Below are positions 19,301 to 26,457 of a DNA stretch of 61,504 nt, one piece after another. A model generated the notes under the pieces. It had not been told where the DNA came from. It searched no databases and saw only the letters and a program-made list of their open reading frames with translations. Both the position numbers and the translations under genes were made by a program. Location of the stretch: positions 1-61,504 of the forward strand of contig DATNFX010000313.1 in assembly GCA_035606195.1 (NCBI GenBank). Direction: 5' to 3'. This DNA comes from Pyrinomonadaceae bacterium (GTDB lineage: Bacteria; Acidobacteriota; Blastocatellia; Pyrinomonadales; Pyrinomonadaceae). Every line of letters starts with the position of its first letter. Position 1 is the first letter of the stretch.

Positions 19301-20213
19301 GATTCAATATGCCGACTATGCTCACTGGCAGCGCGCATGGTTTGATGACGAGAGGCGGGAAATTCAGCTCGATTACTGGCTTCGCACGTTGACAGGCACA
19401 CTGCCTGTGCTCGAGCTTCCAGTGGACCACGCTCGTCCATCTGAGCCGACTTTGCGGGGCGAGAAACTGGTTCATAAGTTTTCCGCTGAACTTTCCGAAA
19501 AGCTGCGCGAACTCAGTCGTCGCGAAGGCGCGACGCTCTTCATGGTCCTGCTGGCCGCGTTCAAAACGCTGCTATACCGATACACGAACCAGGACGATTT
19601 GATCGTCGGCACCGCGGTGGCCGGGCGTAATCGATCCGAGCTCGAGGGTCTCATCGGGATCTTCATCAACATGCTCGTATTGCGAACAAACGTCTCGGGG
19701 AATCCGACATTCGTTGAGTTGCTGCGGCGCGTGCGCGAAGTGATGCTCGAGGCTTACGCACACCAGGACGTGCCGTTTGAGCGACTCGTCGAGAAGTTAC
19801 AGCCCAATCGCACACTGGCCCGCTCGCCGTTCTTTCAGGTTGCCTTTGGGCTGCAGCACGAGCGGATCCAAAATCTAGCTTTACCGCGACTCGAGCTGAG
19901 TCCTGTCAGCTTCGACACGGATCTGGCGAGGTACGACCTGACGTTGTGGGTCTTTGAAAACGAAAGCGAATTGGAAGCGTCCTGGACGTTCAGCAAGGAC
20001 CTCTTCCGGCCGGAAACGATCGGGCTTATGAACCTGCGCTTTCAGACGCTGCTGCTCAGTGTCGTCAAAGAGCCCGAGCTACGGCTTAGTGAATTGGAAA
20101 TGCATTCCGACGAAGAGCGAAGACACGTCGCGATTCGCGAGCGTGAGTCGGAAGCATTGAGTGTAAGTAAGTTACTTTCCGTCAAACGGCGGGCCGTCAG
20201 AGTAGGGCAGTGA
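10356..20213 (+). CDS. lipoinitiation NRPS: FAAL-ACP-C-A-T-C-A-T-C
   Basis: Track start is TTG 10356; ATG 10362 is an equally plausible start. FAAL motif YTSGSTSAPKG (from 10908). Carrier serines at 12294, 15474 and 18633. C motifs HHIIVDF (12861), HHIVSDG (16050) and HHIVADG (19194). A cores YTSGSTGWPKG (~14289) and YTSGSTGKPK (17472). Ends in a C domain with no cis A-T. Confidence 0.95.
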   Translation: MSMSTNTLAIRERNAEVPSTSLTLVELLRNRARLHADRAAYIFLSDGITEETTLTWGDLDLQARAMGAWLQSLTARRERVLLLYPAGLEYITAFFGCLYAGVIAVPAYPPRQNRNLRRLHSLIIDAQPAVALTTRPILSRVINSFGKNPELAMLRWVASEDRPTAEPENWQAPEIAPTDLAFLQYTSGSTSAPKGVMLSHSNLVQNDRLIHKAFGQTEQSVIVSWLPLYHDMGLIGVVLHALSAGARCILLSPTAFLQQPFQWLQTISRYRATTSGGPNFSYDLCVRKITDEQRATLDLSSWSVAFNGAETVRAETMDRFAAAFAPCGFRREAFRPCYGLAEATLIVSARGESRAEENRPLVKHVCKTSLEQNRVIELGKKTPDARTVVTCGAPLCAREVIIANPDTLTGCAANEVGEIWVSSPSVAAGYWNNTEESARTFRAVPNGSKATYLRTGDLGFLLDGELFLTGRLKDLIITRGRNLYPQDIEGTVEQCDPSLRPGCGAAFSVTVESEERVVIVHEIEPRRTVELQSLITSIRQAISEEHEVVVYSVALVKAGMVPKTSSGKIQRKACRELFLEGGLAPIAYWLETPFGHKENLSDSLRPADSLNGAETLNWLRLQFAQVVNISAAEIDIHQPILRYGLDSLLATELTHRIESELGIAVPLTSLLESPTIEQLAASICGEAFVRDNEELVGPTPLTNTSSEYPLSFGQQSLWFQHRMAPDSAAYNLASALRLRGPLNAVALERAFASLVQRHAMLRTTFSQNSLAPRQQIHEEMPVCFEFADASSWSEAAVREYLLKEAEGPFDLSAGPLLRVNLLKRADDEHVLLVAVHHIIVDFWSLSVLMKELGVLYEAHRNGMDANLPPLQLQYTDYVRHEMEDLEGPRGKRLLEYWQQQLGGVLPLLNLQTDWPRPSLQTFRGSSQSFKVSAGLTHKLKELGRETGTTLYMVLLAAFQLLLHRYTQQKEFLIGSPVAGRNSAALASVMGYFVNPLVLRADISGDPSFIDLLARVRDTVLSALAHQDCPFALLVEHLEPTRDPSRSALFQHMFVMQQSAIAGVGGLSEQLGELAMEPIALDRHVSIFDLRLEVAQAEKTLIGSMEYNSDLFEATTIERMLGHFETLLQSIVANPEKCVSKQALLTPAENQQLLAEWNDTTVDRPDKALHQLIEAQVARTHNLVAVIFEDQKVTYAELDQRANALAAELRRRGVGPDVIVAICMERSIELVVALLGVLKAGGAYLPLDPDYPRDRLHFMIEDSRPPVLLTQKHVRHNLPNFAACQTLCVDDEVFPAAQINSEVTASNLAYVIYTSGSTGWPKGAMNTHAGIVNRLLWMQEQYELTSTDCVLQKTPFSFDVSVWEFFWPLLTGARMVLARPGGHQDPAYLAELIEREHVTTIHFVPSMLQMFLANADASRCDSLKRVICSGEALSNELQERFHARLGAELHNLYGPTEASVDVTYWKCERDARRAVVPIGRPIANLEIFLLDALGHPVPAGVVGELHIGGVGLGRGYFNRPELTAERFRPHPFSSKPGTQLYRTGDLGRYRPDGQIEFLGRVDQQVKLRGFRVELGEVEEALRAHTAVRDCVVTTAEILPGDMRLVAYVVHEGNASANSEELRRHLRVRLPEYMVPSYFVALETIPLLPNAKVDRRNLPPPSDLRLELTKEFVAPRNQIEKQLAAIWVEVLGLGQVGVDDNFFELGGHSLLAMQIVARINQLYLIDFPLRRMFETPTVAGIAQYLSAMRRADAKQEQQPSKRAPRQVDLQLSFAQERLWFLDQLDPVNSAYNMPIVLRIRGRLDLAVLERSVQEIIRRHEILRVSLTNVKGKPVQVIAPFEEWRLRVFDLFGTAKSDRWNEVIRYATKEAQRPFDLTQGPLLRAAAWQIDVNDYLLVLVMHHIVSDGWSLGVFANELKTLYKAYSDGRPSPLPDLSIHYSDFVHWQRERLASEAAAEQLDYWKRQLAGRLPALVLPGEHLRRPAPSVQVAAESCALQSQLIQRLKEFSCASGVTPFMTLLAVFQILLQRYTGLDDVLVGTPVAGRTRVETETLIGLFTNTLVLRTDLSGNPTFLELLGKVRETTLEAHAHQDVPFEMLVEVLQPERDLTRTPLFQVMIVFDPPLPEVDLPGLQLEQVELPAAAPKFDLILFLKERDGELIARFEYDTTRLDQKTVQRLARHFQTLLVNALAHAETHISDLELMTKTEAQRLRNDWNDTYKQYPREVCLHQLFEAQAARTPELVALVAGRECLSYRELNQRANRLAHHLRALGAGPESLVGVLLNRSTSLVVALLGVLKAGAAYVPLDPDYPRERLRLMIDANINVLVTQENLKYNLPPYNASVTCLDAEWGSIALESGDDPVCLNTLSQLAYLIYTSGSTGKPKAAAIEHRNVVTLMHWARELFTTIELGGVLASTSVCFDLSVFEIFVPLCWGGKVILAANALELPTLNAASEVTLINTVPSAMTELIRISGVPKSVRTVNLAGEALHHSLVQRIYELEGVERVLNLYGPSEDTTYSTGATIDRCDSQAPTIGRPIANTQAYILDIHQKALPIGVAGELYVAGDGLARGYFNRPDLTAEKFIPNPFAGAPGMRMYRTGDLARYLSDGQIEFLGRSDHQVKLRGFRIELGEIETMLREHPEIRDAVVIMRQQNEDQVLVAYVVNESEQAVTPKKLKAYLSKRLPKHMVPAFIVPLAALPLTPNGKVDRRALPSLETSDEVQEDAIVLPRTDIESRLTGLWSQLLKRRQIGVHDDFFAHGGHSLLAVQLVSRIRDEFQVDLPLRSVFETATIAELARLVENASLFSSPIPKIQRSKPAPLSFAQQRLWFLDRLAPGSSAYNIFGGIRLRGELDQTAFAQSLNAIVERHEILRTAFTTVDWQPAQVVSAAQPVSLSFIDLPGATEDERETKLRTLANDELSRPFNLSDGPLLRLILLRLNEEEHVALVTMHHIVADGWSLNIFVKEFAEFYRAFHTGQPAQLATLPIQYADYAHWQRAWFDDERREIQLDYWLRTLTGTLPVLELPVDHARPSEPTLRGEKLVHKFSAELSEKLRELSRREGATLFMVLLAAFKTLLYRYTNQDDLIVGTAVAGRNRSELEGLIGIFINMLVLRTNVSGNPTFVELLRRVREVMLEAYAHQDVPFERLVEKLQPNRTLARSPFFQVAFGLQHERIQNLALPRLELSPVSFDTDLARYDLTLWVFENESELEASWTFSKDLFRPETIGLMNLRFQTLLLSVVKEPELRLSELEMHSDEERRHVAIRERESEALSVSKLLSVKRRAVRVGQ

Positions 20214-20256
20214 ATTAGGATTCTCCGGGCAAGAGCTGCAGAGAAGAAATTCGAAT

Positions 20257-21294
20257 ATGAGTAGTCCGGCTCAATTCAAACGGGCGCGCAATGCTGTCCG
20301 GTTGATGTCGTCATCACTCGTCAGGCCCTACTACCTTGACGATGAGCGGAGAATGCCGCTGGTGATTGAACCCTCCTCGACCGACCTCGATCTCGTTTCA
20401 TGGGCCAGCGATCGCCGCCAGTTCATTGCGGACGAGTTATCACGTCACGGTGCGTTGTTGCTGCGCGGTTTCAGCATCCGCTCTGTGCAGCAGTTTGAGC
20501 AGTTTATTGACGTGACATCGGGTGGCGCGCTGCCGTACAGTGAACGCTCATCTCCACGCAGCCAGGTCAGTGGCAACATTTTTACGTCGACTGACTATCC
20601 CGCATCGGAAAAGATATTTCTGCACAATGAGCAGTCATATAACCTCCAGTTTCCTCTGAAGATTTATTTCTTTTGCCTCTTGCCCGCGGAAGTCGGGGGC
20701 GAAACGCCCGTGGCCGATACGCGACAACTTCTCGCTTCGATCCGGCCCGATATTCGCCGCCGCTTTTCAGAACAGGGCTACCTGTACGTTAGAAATTTCG
20801 GCAACGGCTTTGGGCTGTCATGGCAGGAGACCTTCCAAACGAGCAGCAAAACTGAAGTTGAGCAGTATTGTCGACAGCACCAGATCGGGTGCCAGTGGTT
20901 GGCCGGCAACCGATTAAGAACGTCGCAGCGACGCGACGCGATCGCCACACACCCGCGGACGGGAGAACAAGCGTGGTTCAATCATGCGACCTTTTTCCAC
21001 GTCTCGACTCTGGAACCGGTAATCCGTGAACGCGTGCTGGCGGAGTTTCCGGAAGTCGCTCTCCCAAACAACACCTACTACGGTGACGGCTCGCGTATTG
21101 AAGCTGAAACGATGGACCACCTTCAAGGCGTTTACCTGCAACACAAGATCCCCTTCACGTGGCAACAGTTTGATGTGCTGATGCTCGACAATATGCTCGC
21201 CGCGCACGGACGTGAAGCGTTCAAGGGACAGCGAAAAGTCGTAACCGGCATGGCCGATCCTAATCTCTGGAAAGATTGTAAAGCGAAAGACTGA
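20257..21294 (+). CDS. TauD/TfdA-family (SyrP-like) Fe(II)/2-oxoglutarate hydroxylase, paralog 1
   Basis: 345 aa. HxE facial-triad motif FLHNEQSY and distal LAAHGREAF. Size and genomic context are typical of hydroxylases acting on carrier-bound amino acids. Confidence 0.8.
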   Translation: MSSPAQFKRARNAVRLMSSSLVRPYYLDDERRMPLVIEPSSTDLDLVSWASDRRQFIADELSRHGALLLRGFSIRSVQQFEQFIDVTSGGALPYSERSSPRSQVSGNIFTSTDYPASEKIFLHNEQSYNLQFPLKIYFFCLLPAEVGGETPVADTRQLLASIRPDIRRRFSEQGYLYVRNFGNGFGLSWQETFQTSSKTEVEQYCRQHQIGCQWLAGNRLRTSQRRDAIATHPRTGEQAWFNHATFFHVSTLEPVIRERVLAEFPEVALPNNTYYGDGSRIEAETMDHLQGVYLQHKIPFTWQQFDVLMLDNMLAAHGREAFKGQRKVVTGMADPNLWKDCKAKD

Positions 21295-21299
21295 AAACT

Positions 21300-22325
21300 A
21301 TGAGCGGGAGTTTCGTAGCCGTCAGACGCAAGACGGTAAGGTTGAGTAGCGCGGAACTGGTAACGACCGGTTACCTCTCGGCTGGCGCCAGGAATCTTCC
21401 TTTAGTGATCCAGCCAAAGGTTGAGGGAGTTGACCTCATCGGTTGGACTGAATCGCAGCGCGCTCTTATCGAATCAGAGTTGTTGGGACATGGCGCCATC
21501 CTGTTTCGCGATTTCGGCGTCGAGTCTGAGACGCACTTCGAAAAGTTCGCCCGCACGCTCACTCCGGAATTGATCGACTATCTGGAGCGCGCCGCGGCAC
21601 GACGCGAGGTCGCCCCGAACATTTTTACCTCGACCGAATATCCGGCCGACCAGGCAATCCCGCTGCATCATGAGATGTCGTACTCGCACAACTGGCCCGG
21701 CAAGATTTACTTCTACTGCGCGCAACCAGCGTTAAGTGGAGGGGCAACTCCGATATCGAACGACCGCGTAGTGATCAACCGCATCGACCCGGCGATCAAA
21801 GAGCAGTTCAGACGGAAGAAGGTCATGTACGTCCGAAACTTCGGTGTGGGACTCGACCTTTCATGGCAGGAAGCTTTTCAGACTACTGATCGCGCCGTCG
21901 TGGAAAGATACTGCGCCGGCGTGCACATGACGTGCGAGTGGCGCGACGGGGATCGACTGCGAACGCGATCTGTGCGGCAGACGTTCGCGACTCATCCTGT
22001 TACTGGCGAGATTGTCTGGTTCAATCACGCACACATGTTCCACATCTCAAACGTGGAGCATTCGGCCCGCGAGGCTTTGCTGGCCCACTTCCGTGAAGAC
22101 GAACTGCCGCGAAATGCGTTCTACGGTGATGGTTCACCGATTGAAAGCTCAGTGCTCAGCGAGATTAGAGAAGTTTACGCTGAGGCGGCCGTACGTTTTT
22201 GCTGGGAGGAAGGCGACGTGCTTTTACTCGACAACTTCCTTACCTCACATGGTCGTGAGGCCTTCACCGGGCCTCGCCGGATCCTGGTTGCAATGGCCGA
22301 TCTCTTTACCCCGAGCACGGTCTAA
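21300..22325 (+). CDS. TauD/TfdA-family (SyrP-like) Fe(II)/2-oxoglutarate hydroxylase, paralog 2
   Basis: 341 aa. PLHHEMSY and LTSHGREAF motifs. Collinear similarity to the preceding gene, which ends 5 nt upstream. Confidence 0.8.
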   Translation: MSGSFVAVRRKTVRLSSAELVTTGYLSAGARNLPLVIQPKVEGVDLIGWTESQRALIESELLGHGAILFRDFGVESETHFEKFARTLTPELIDYLERAAARREVAPNIFTSTEYPADQAIPLHHEMSYSHNWPGKIYFYCAQPALSGGATPISNDRVVINRIDPAIKEQFRRKKVMYVRNFGVGLDLSWQEAFQTTDRAVVERYCAGVHMTCEWRDGDRLRTRSVRQTFATHPVTGEIVWFNHAHMFHISNVEHSAREALLAHFREDELPRNAFYGDGSPIESSVLSEIREVYAEAAVRFCWEEGDVLLLDNFLTSHGREAFTGPRRILVAMADLFTPSTV

Positions 22326-22383
22326 CCACAAAAGCCACATAACTCACATTAATTGAAGATCTAATCGGAAGGACAAGAGACAC

Positions 22384-23700
22384 GTGACAGAACAAGTCGT
22401 GGAGGGGTTCGAACTCTCGAGGCAACAACGGCGCATATGGTCTATGCAAGATAACGGCGACGCCTTTCAATCGCAGTGCGCGATCCTGCTCGAAGGCGCT
22501 TTGAATAAACGGGCGCTGCGTCAAGCCCTGCAAATAGCCATCGCGAGTCACGAAATTTTGCGCACTTCGTTCCGCTCGTTGTCCGGCATGAAGTTTCCCA
22601 TCCAGGTGATTAGCGAAGATGCAGATGCACCAGCTCTAAATGAGTGTGATCTGAACTGCGAACTCGAAGAACTCCTGTTGGAAGAACTTCGTACGCCTTT
22701 CGATCTGGATGCCCCCTCTCTGATTCGCTGCAAGCTACTGAATCTTTCGCAGGACAGGCATGTATTGATTTTGGGGCAGCCGGCGTTGTGCGCCGACGCC
22801 GAATCGCTCGTTCAGTTGTTTATCAAGCTGGGCCGCTTCTACGCATCATCTGTAACGGGCAAGGCCATTGTTGAGGAGCCCGTGCAGTTTGTGGACTTTT
22901 CAGAGTGGCAACGCGAACTGCAGACCTCCGCGGATGCGGCAGCCCAGAGAGAGTACTGGAGCCGGCAGATCACGACGGCAAACCCGGATTCACTGGTGCT
23001 TCCGACGGAAAGTAGTGAACGAACGGAAAATTTTGCGCCACGCCCGTTTAATTTCGAGATCCCCCGGGACATATCACAAAGCAGCGAAGCTCTCGCGCTT
23101 GCGCTTGATGCGTCAATCGAGACGCTGTTGTCGTCATGCTTACAAATCCTGCTGTGGCGTCTCACCGGACAGTCAGAAATTGTGACGGGCCATTTTTCGA
23201 ATGGCCGGCGGATCTCACACCTGCGTGAATGTCTCGGCCCGGCCGGCGATTATTTACCTCTTGCTGGTCGCTTCGATCGAAAGCTCCGATTCTCCGAGGT
23301 GGTGAAGCGCAACCATGAGGCAGTAAAAGCAAATCGCATCCACGAAGAATACTTCTCGCAAACAGACGAGAGCCAACTTCCTTTGCTCGCGAAGTTCGAT
23401 TTCATGGAATGGCCCAAACCATCGCTGGCTGCTGACGTGCGTTTCTCTCTCCTCAGAGTTTATAGCACCGCCGATCGGTACAAAGTGAGACTTTCCGTGA
23501 CGCGCCGGGATTCGACGCTAATGGCCGTGCTTCACCACGACGAGGCTTTGTATACATCGGAGTTCGCCGAACGCTTCGCGGGTCAATTCACAGCTCTCAT
23601 GCAAAGCGCATTGGCGCAGCCGGATTCGTCGATTGCCGATCTTGATGTGCTCGGCGAAGAGGAACGCCGGTTGGTGATCGATCAGTGGAACGATACCGCC
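22384..23700 (+). other. condensation-like domain lacking both catalytic histidines
   Basis: Collinear with C domains (N-terminal LSRQQRRIW), but the DRHVLILGQPALCADAESL segment replaces ..HHxxxDGWS. The 3' boundary is approximate. Confidence 0.7.
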
Positions 23701-26457
23701 ATCGAATGCCGCCGGGACGTCTGCTGGCACGAGTTGTTTGAGGAGCAGGTGGAACGCACACCTGGCGCGACCGCGGCGATCTTTCGCGAAGAAGAAATCA
23801 GCTTTACTGAACTGAACGCGCGCGCAAATCAGTTGGCCCATTACCTGCGATACTTGGGGGTCGGCCCGGAAACCAAAGTGGCGCTTTGCGTTGAGCGCAG
23901 CGTCGAGCTGATAGTGGGACTGCTCGCGATCCTCAAAGCCGGTGGCGCGTACGTGCCGCTGGACATTGCACAGCCGCCGCAGCGGCTCGCGAGGATGTTT
24001 AAAGATGCAAATGTAAGTGTGGTACTCACGCAGAGCGAGTTCGCGGAATCCCTCCCGCCACATAACGCAGCCGTCGTTTGCCTCGACGACAGCGCAGCGC
24101 TATTGGCAGACGAGAGCACCGATAACCTTGTCGCGACGGCGACTGCTGAAAATCTCGCTTATATCATCTACACATCGGGCTCAACGGGCACACCGAAGGG
24201 TGTGATGGTCGCTCATAGCTCCGTGGTGAACCTGGTGTTGGCATTGCGGCGCACGGTCTATGCGTCCTCGTCAACGTCTCTACGCGTCGGAGTGAATGCG
24301 CAAATCACGTTCGACGCATCAGTCAAGCAGTTAATACAACTGCTGTTCGGTCATACGCTGGTGTTCATCCCGCAGGAAGTGCGACTGACCGGCGACGCGT
24401 TGCTGGCATACACGGCGGAGAAGCAGGTGAACGCACTCGATTGCACGCCTGCGCAACTGCAATTGATGCTGGCTGAGGAGCGGCAGTTCAAATCTTTCCC
24501 CTCGTTGATGCTGGTCGGCGGTGAAGCGATCGACCACGATCTCTGGCATCGCATTGCCGCACAAACCGAACTCAGTTGCTACAACCTTTATGGACCAACG
24601 GAATGCACCGTGGATACCACTATCGCGCGCGTCGAAGGCGAAACGCCAACGATCGGACGCCCGATCGACAACGTGCGGGTCTACCTGCTCGACGAGCAGC
24701 TACGTCCGGCGCCCATCGGTGTGCGCGGTGAGATCTGCGTCGCAGGCGACGGGTTGTCGCGCGGTTATCTGCATCGACCAGACAAAACTGCGGAGAAGTT
24801 CGTCCCCGATGCATTCTCGAATATCTCCGGCGCGCGGTTGTATCGCACCGGCGACATGGCGCGGTTCCGATCTGACGGCCAGTTGGAATTTTTAGGCCGG
24901 GTAGACCATCAGGTGAAGCTGCGCGGTGTGAGAATCGAGCTCGGAGAAATCGAAGCTGCAATAAAACAAAACCACGCAGTGCGCGATGCCGTCGTACAAA
25001 TGCATGAGGACGCGCCGGGTTGCGCTCGGCTCGTCGCGTACGTCGCAGTGCACCGCCGGCACTTGCCTGTGGTGAGTGGCCGCGCACGATATCAATTGCC
25101 AAACGGCATGGCCATTCTGCATCAGAACAAGAACGAGACCGATTACCTCTACCATGAGATTTTTGAGCACCGGACCTACCTCAAGCATGGCATTGAATTA
25201 TCCGGGGAAGCCTGCGTCTTCGACGTCGGAGCAAACATCGGGCTCTTCACTTTGTTTGTTCTCGAACACTGCTCCAACGCGCGGATTTATGCCTTCGAGC
25301 CCATCCAACCGATCTTCGAAACGCTGAAGATCAATGTCGATCTTTACGGCGGGAAGGTGAGGCTCTTTCCCTTCGGTCTTTCCGCGAAAGCCGGTGTGGC
25401 CGCGTTTACGTTCTACCCGCATTACTCGATGATGTCTGGGTTAAGCGACTACGCGCTCGCTCGCAACGACGTCGAGGTGGTGAAGCGATACTTACTGAAC
25501 CAACAACGCGAGGGCACAGAAGGGGCCGACTTCCTGTTGCAGCATGCAGAGGAGTTTTTGCCTGAACGCTTCGTGGGCCACACGCACCAATCTCAACTCC
25601 AAACACTTTCAGAAGTTATCCGTGCGGAGAAAATTGACCGCATCGATCTGCTGAAGATCGACGTCCAGCGCGCCGAACTTGACGTGCTCAATGGAATCGA
25701 TGACAGCGATTGGGACAAGATTCAGCAAGTCGTGTTGGAGGCCCACCAGGAAGAAGGTGAGACCACGCATCGACGCCTGGATCAAATCTCTAGCCTGCTC
25801 GAGCGTCATGGATTCAAGGTAACGGCGGAACAGGACGATCTCTTGAGCGGAACCGATCGCCACAACGTCTACGCGAAACGAAGCGGCAGCCAAAAAAATA
25901 CATACGTTAGTATCGATCGCGACACGGCTCAACCATCACGCCTCGTTCCGCTCGTTTCGGCGACCGATCTTCGCCATTCACTGCAACCCCTTTTGCCCGA
26001 GTACATGATTCCGTCTGCGTTTGTCCTGCTCGAAGAGTTGCCACTGACACGCAACGGAAAGATAGATCGTGCAGCGTGCGCGGCTTTGGATGTCCGGCTT
26101 ACACCGGAAAACACGGCCTACGTCGCTCCACAGAACGAGATGGAAAAGATCGTCGCCCGCATCTGGCAGGAAGCACTCGGGGTCGAGCGGGTCGGGGCGC
26201 ACGACAACTTTTTCGAGTTGGGTGGCCATTCACTACTGCTGGCCCACGTTCATAACAGGCTCGTAACCACTCTCGACAGGCAAATCTCCATGGTCGAGAT
26301 GTTTCAGCACCCGACTGTCAGCACTTTGGCCCAACGCCTGAGTCAGCATGGACCACGCCCGCGTTCACTGCAAGCCGCGCACGAACGAGCGGCCCGTCAA
26401 AAGGAAGCAATGGAGCACCAGAAGATGATGATGAGGAAGGCAGGCACGGCTGTATGA
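22384..26457 (+). CDS. NRPS module: (His-less C-like)-A[FkbM-type methyltransferase insert]-T
   Basis: GTG start. QPALCAD (22777-22797) occupies the position of HHxxxDG. A core YTSGSTGTPKG (~24169). FkbM-like VFDVGANIGLFTLF sits between the A8 region (RLVAYVAV) and A9/A10 (LPEYMIPSAFVLLEELPLTRNGKIDR). T serine at 26230. Confidence 0.95.
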   Translation: MTEQVVEGFELSRQQRRIWSMQDNGDAFQSQCAILLEGALNKRALRQALQIAIASHEILRTSFRSLSGMKFPIQVISEDADAPALNECDLNCELEELLLEELRTPFDLDAPSLIRCKLLNLSQDRHVLILGQPALCADAESLVQLFIKLGRFYASSVTGKAIVEEPVQFVDFSEWQRELQTSADAAAQREYWSRQITTANPDSLVLPTESSERTENFAPRPFNFEIPRDISQSSEALALALDASIETLLSSCLQILLWRLTGQSEIVTGHFSNGRRISHLRECLGPAGDYLPLAGRFDRKLRFSEVVKRNHEAVKANRIHEEYFSQTDESQLPLLAKFDFMEWPKPSLAADVRFSLLRVYSTADRYKVRLSVTRRDSTLMAVLHHDEALYTSEFAERFAGQFTALMQSALAQPDSSIADLDVLGEEERRLVIDQWNDTAIECRRDVCWHELFEEQVERTPGATAAIFREEEISFTELNARANQLAHYLRYLGVGPETKVALCVERSVELIVGLLAILKAGGAYVPLDIAQPPQRLARMFKDANVSVVLTQSEFAESLPPHNAAVVCLDDSAALLADESTDNLVATATAENLAYIIYTSGSTGTPKGVMVAHSSVVNLVLALRRTVYASSSTSLRVGVNAQITFDASVKQLIQLLFGHTLVFIPQEVRLTGDALLAYTAEKQVNALDCTPAQLQLMLAEERQFKSFPSLMLVGGEAIDHDLWHRIAAQTELSCYNLYGPTECTVDTTIARVEGETPTIGRPIDNVRVYLLDEQLRPAPIGVRGEICVAGDGLSRGYLHRPDKTAEKFVPDAFSNISGARLYRTGDMARFRSDGQLEFLGRVDHQVKLRGVRIELGEIEAAIKQNHAVRDAVVQMHEDAPGCARLVAYVAVHRRHLPVVSGRARYQLPNGMAILHQNKNETDYLYHEIFEHRTYLKHGIELSGEACVFDVGANIGLFTLFVLEHCSNARIYAFEPIQPIFETLKINVDLYGGKVRLFPFGLSAKAGVAAFTFYPHYSMMSGLSDYALARNDVEVVKRYLLNQQREGTEGADFLLQHAEEFLPERFVGHTHQSQLQTLSEVIRAEKIDRIDLLKIDVQRAELDVLNGIDDSDWDKIQQVVLEAHQEEGETTHRRLDQISSLLERHGFKVTAEQDDLLSGTDRHNVYAKRSGSQKNTYVSIDRDTAQPSRLVPLVSATDLRHSLQPLLPEYMIPSAFVLLEELPLTRNGKIDRAACAALDVRLTPENTAYVAPQNEMEKIVARIWQEALGVERVGAHDNFFELGGHSLLLAHVHNRLVTTLDRQISMVEMFQHPTVSTLAQRLSQHGPRPRSLQAAHERAARQKEAMEHQKMMMRKAGTAV
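25051..25980 (+). other. FkbM-family methyltransferase domain embedded in an A domain (between A8 and A9)
   Basis: VFDVGANIGLFTLFVLEH...YAFEP...FGLS...LLKIDVQRAELDVLNG is flanked by A-domain core motifs. Boundaries approximate. Confidence 0.8.
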
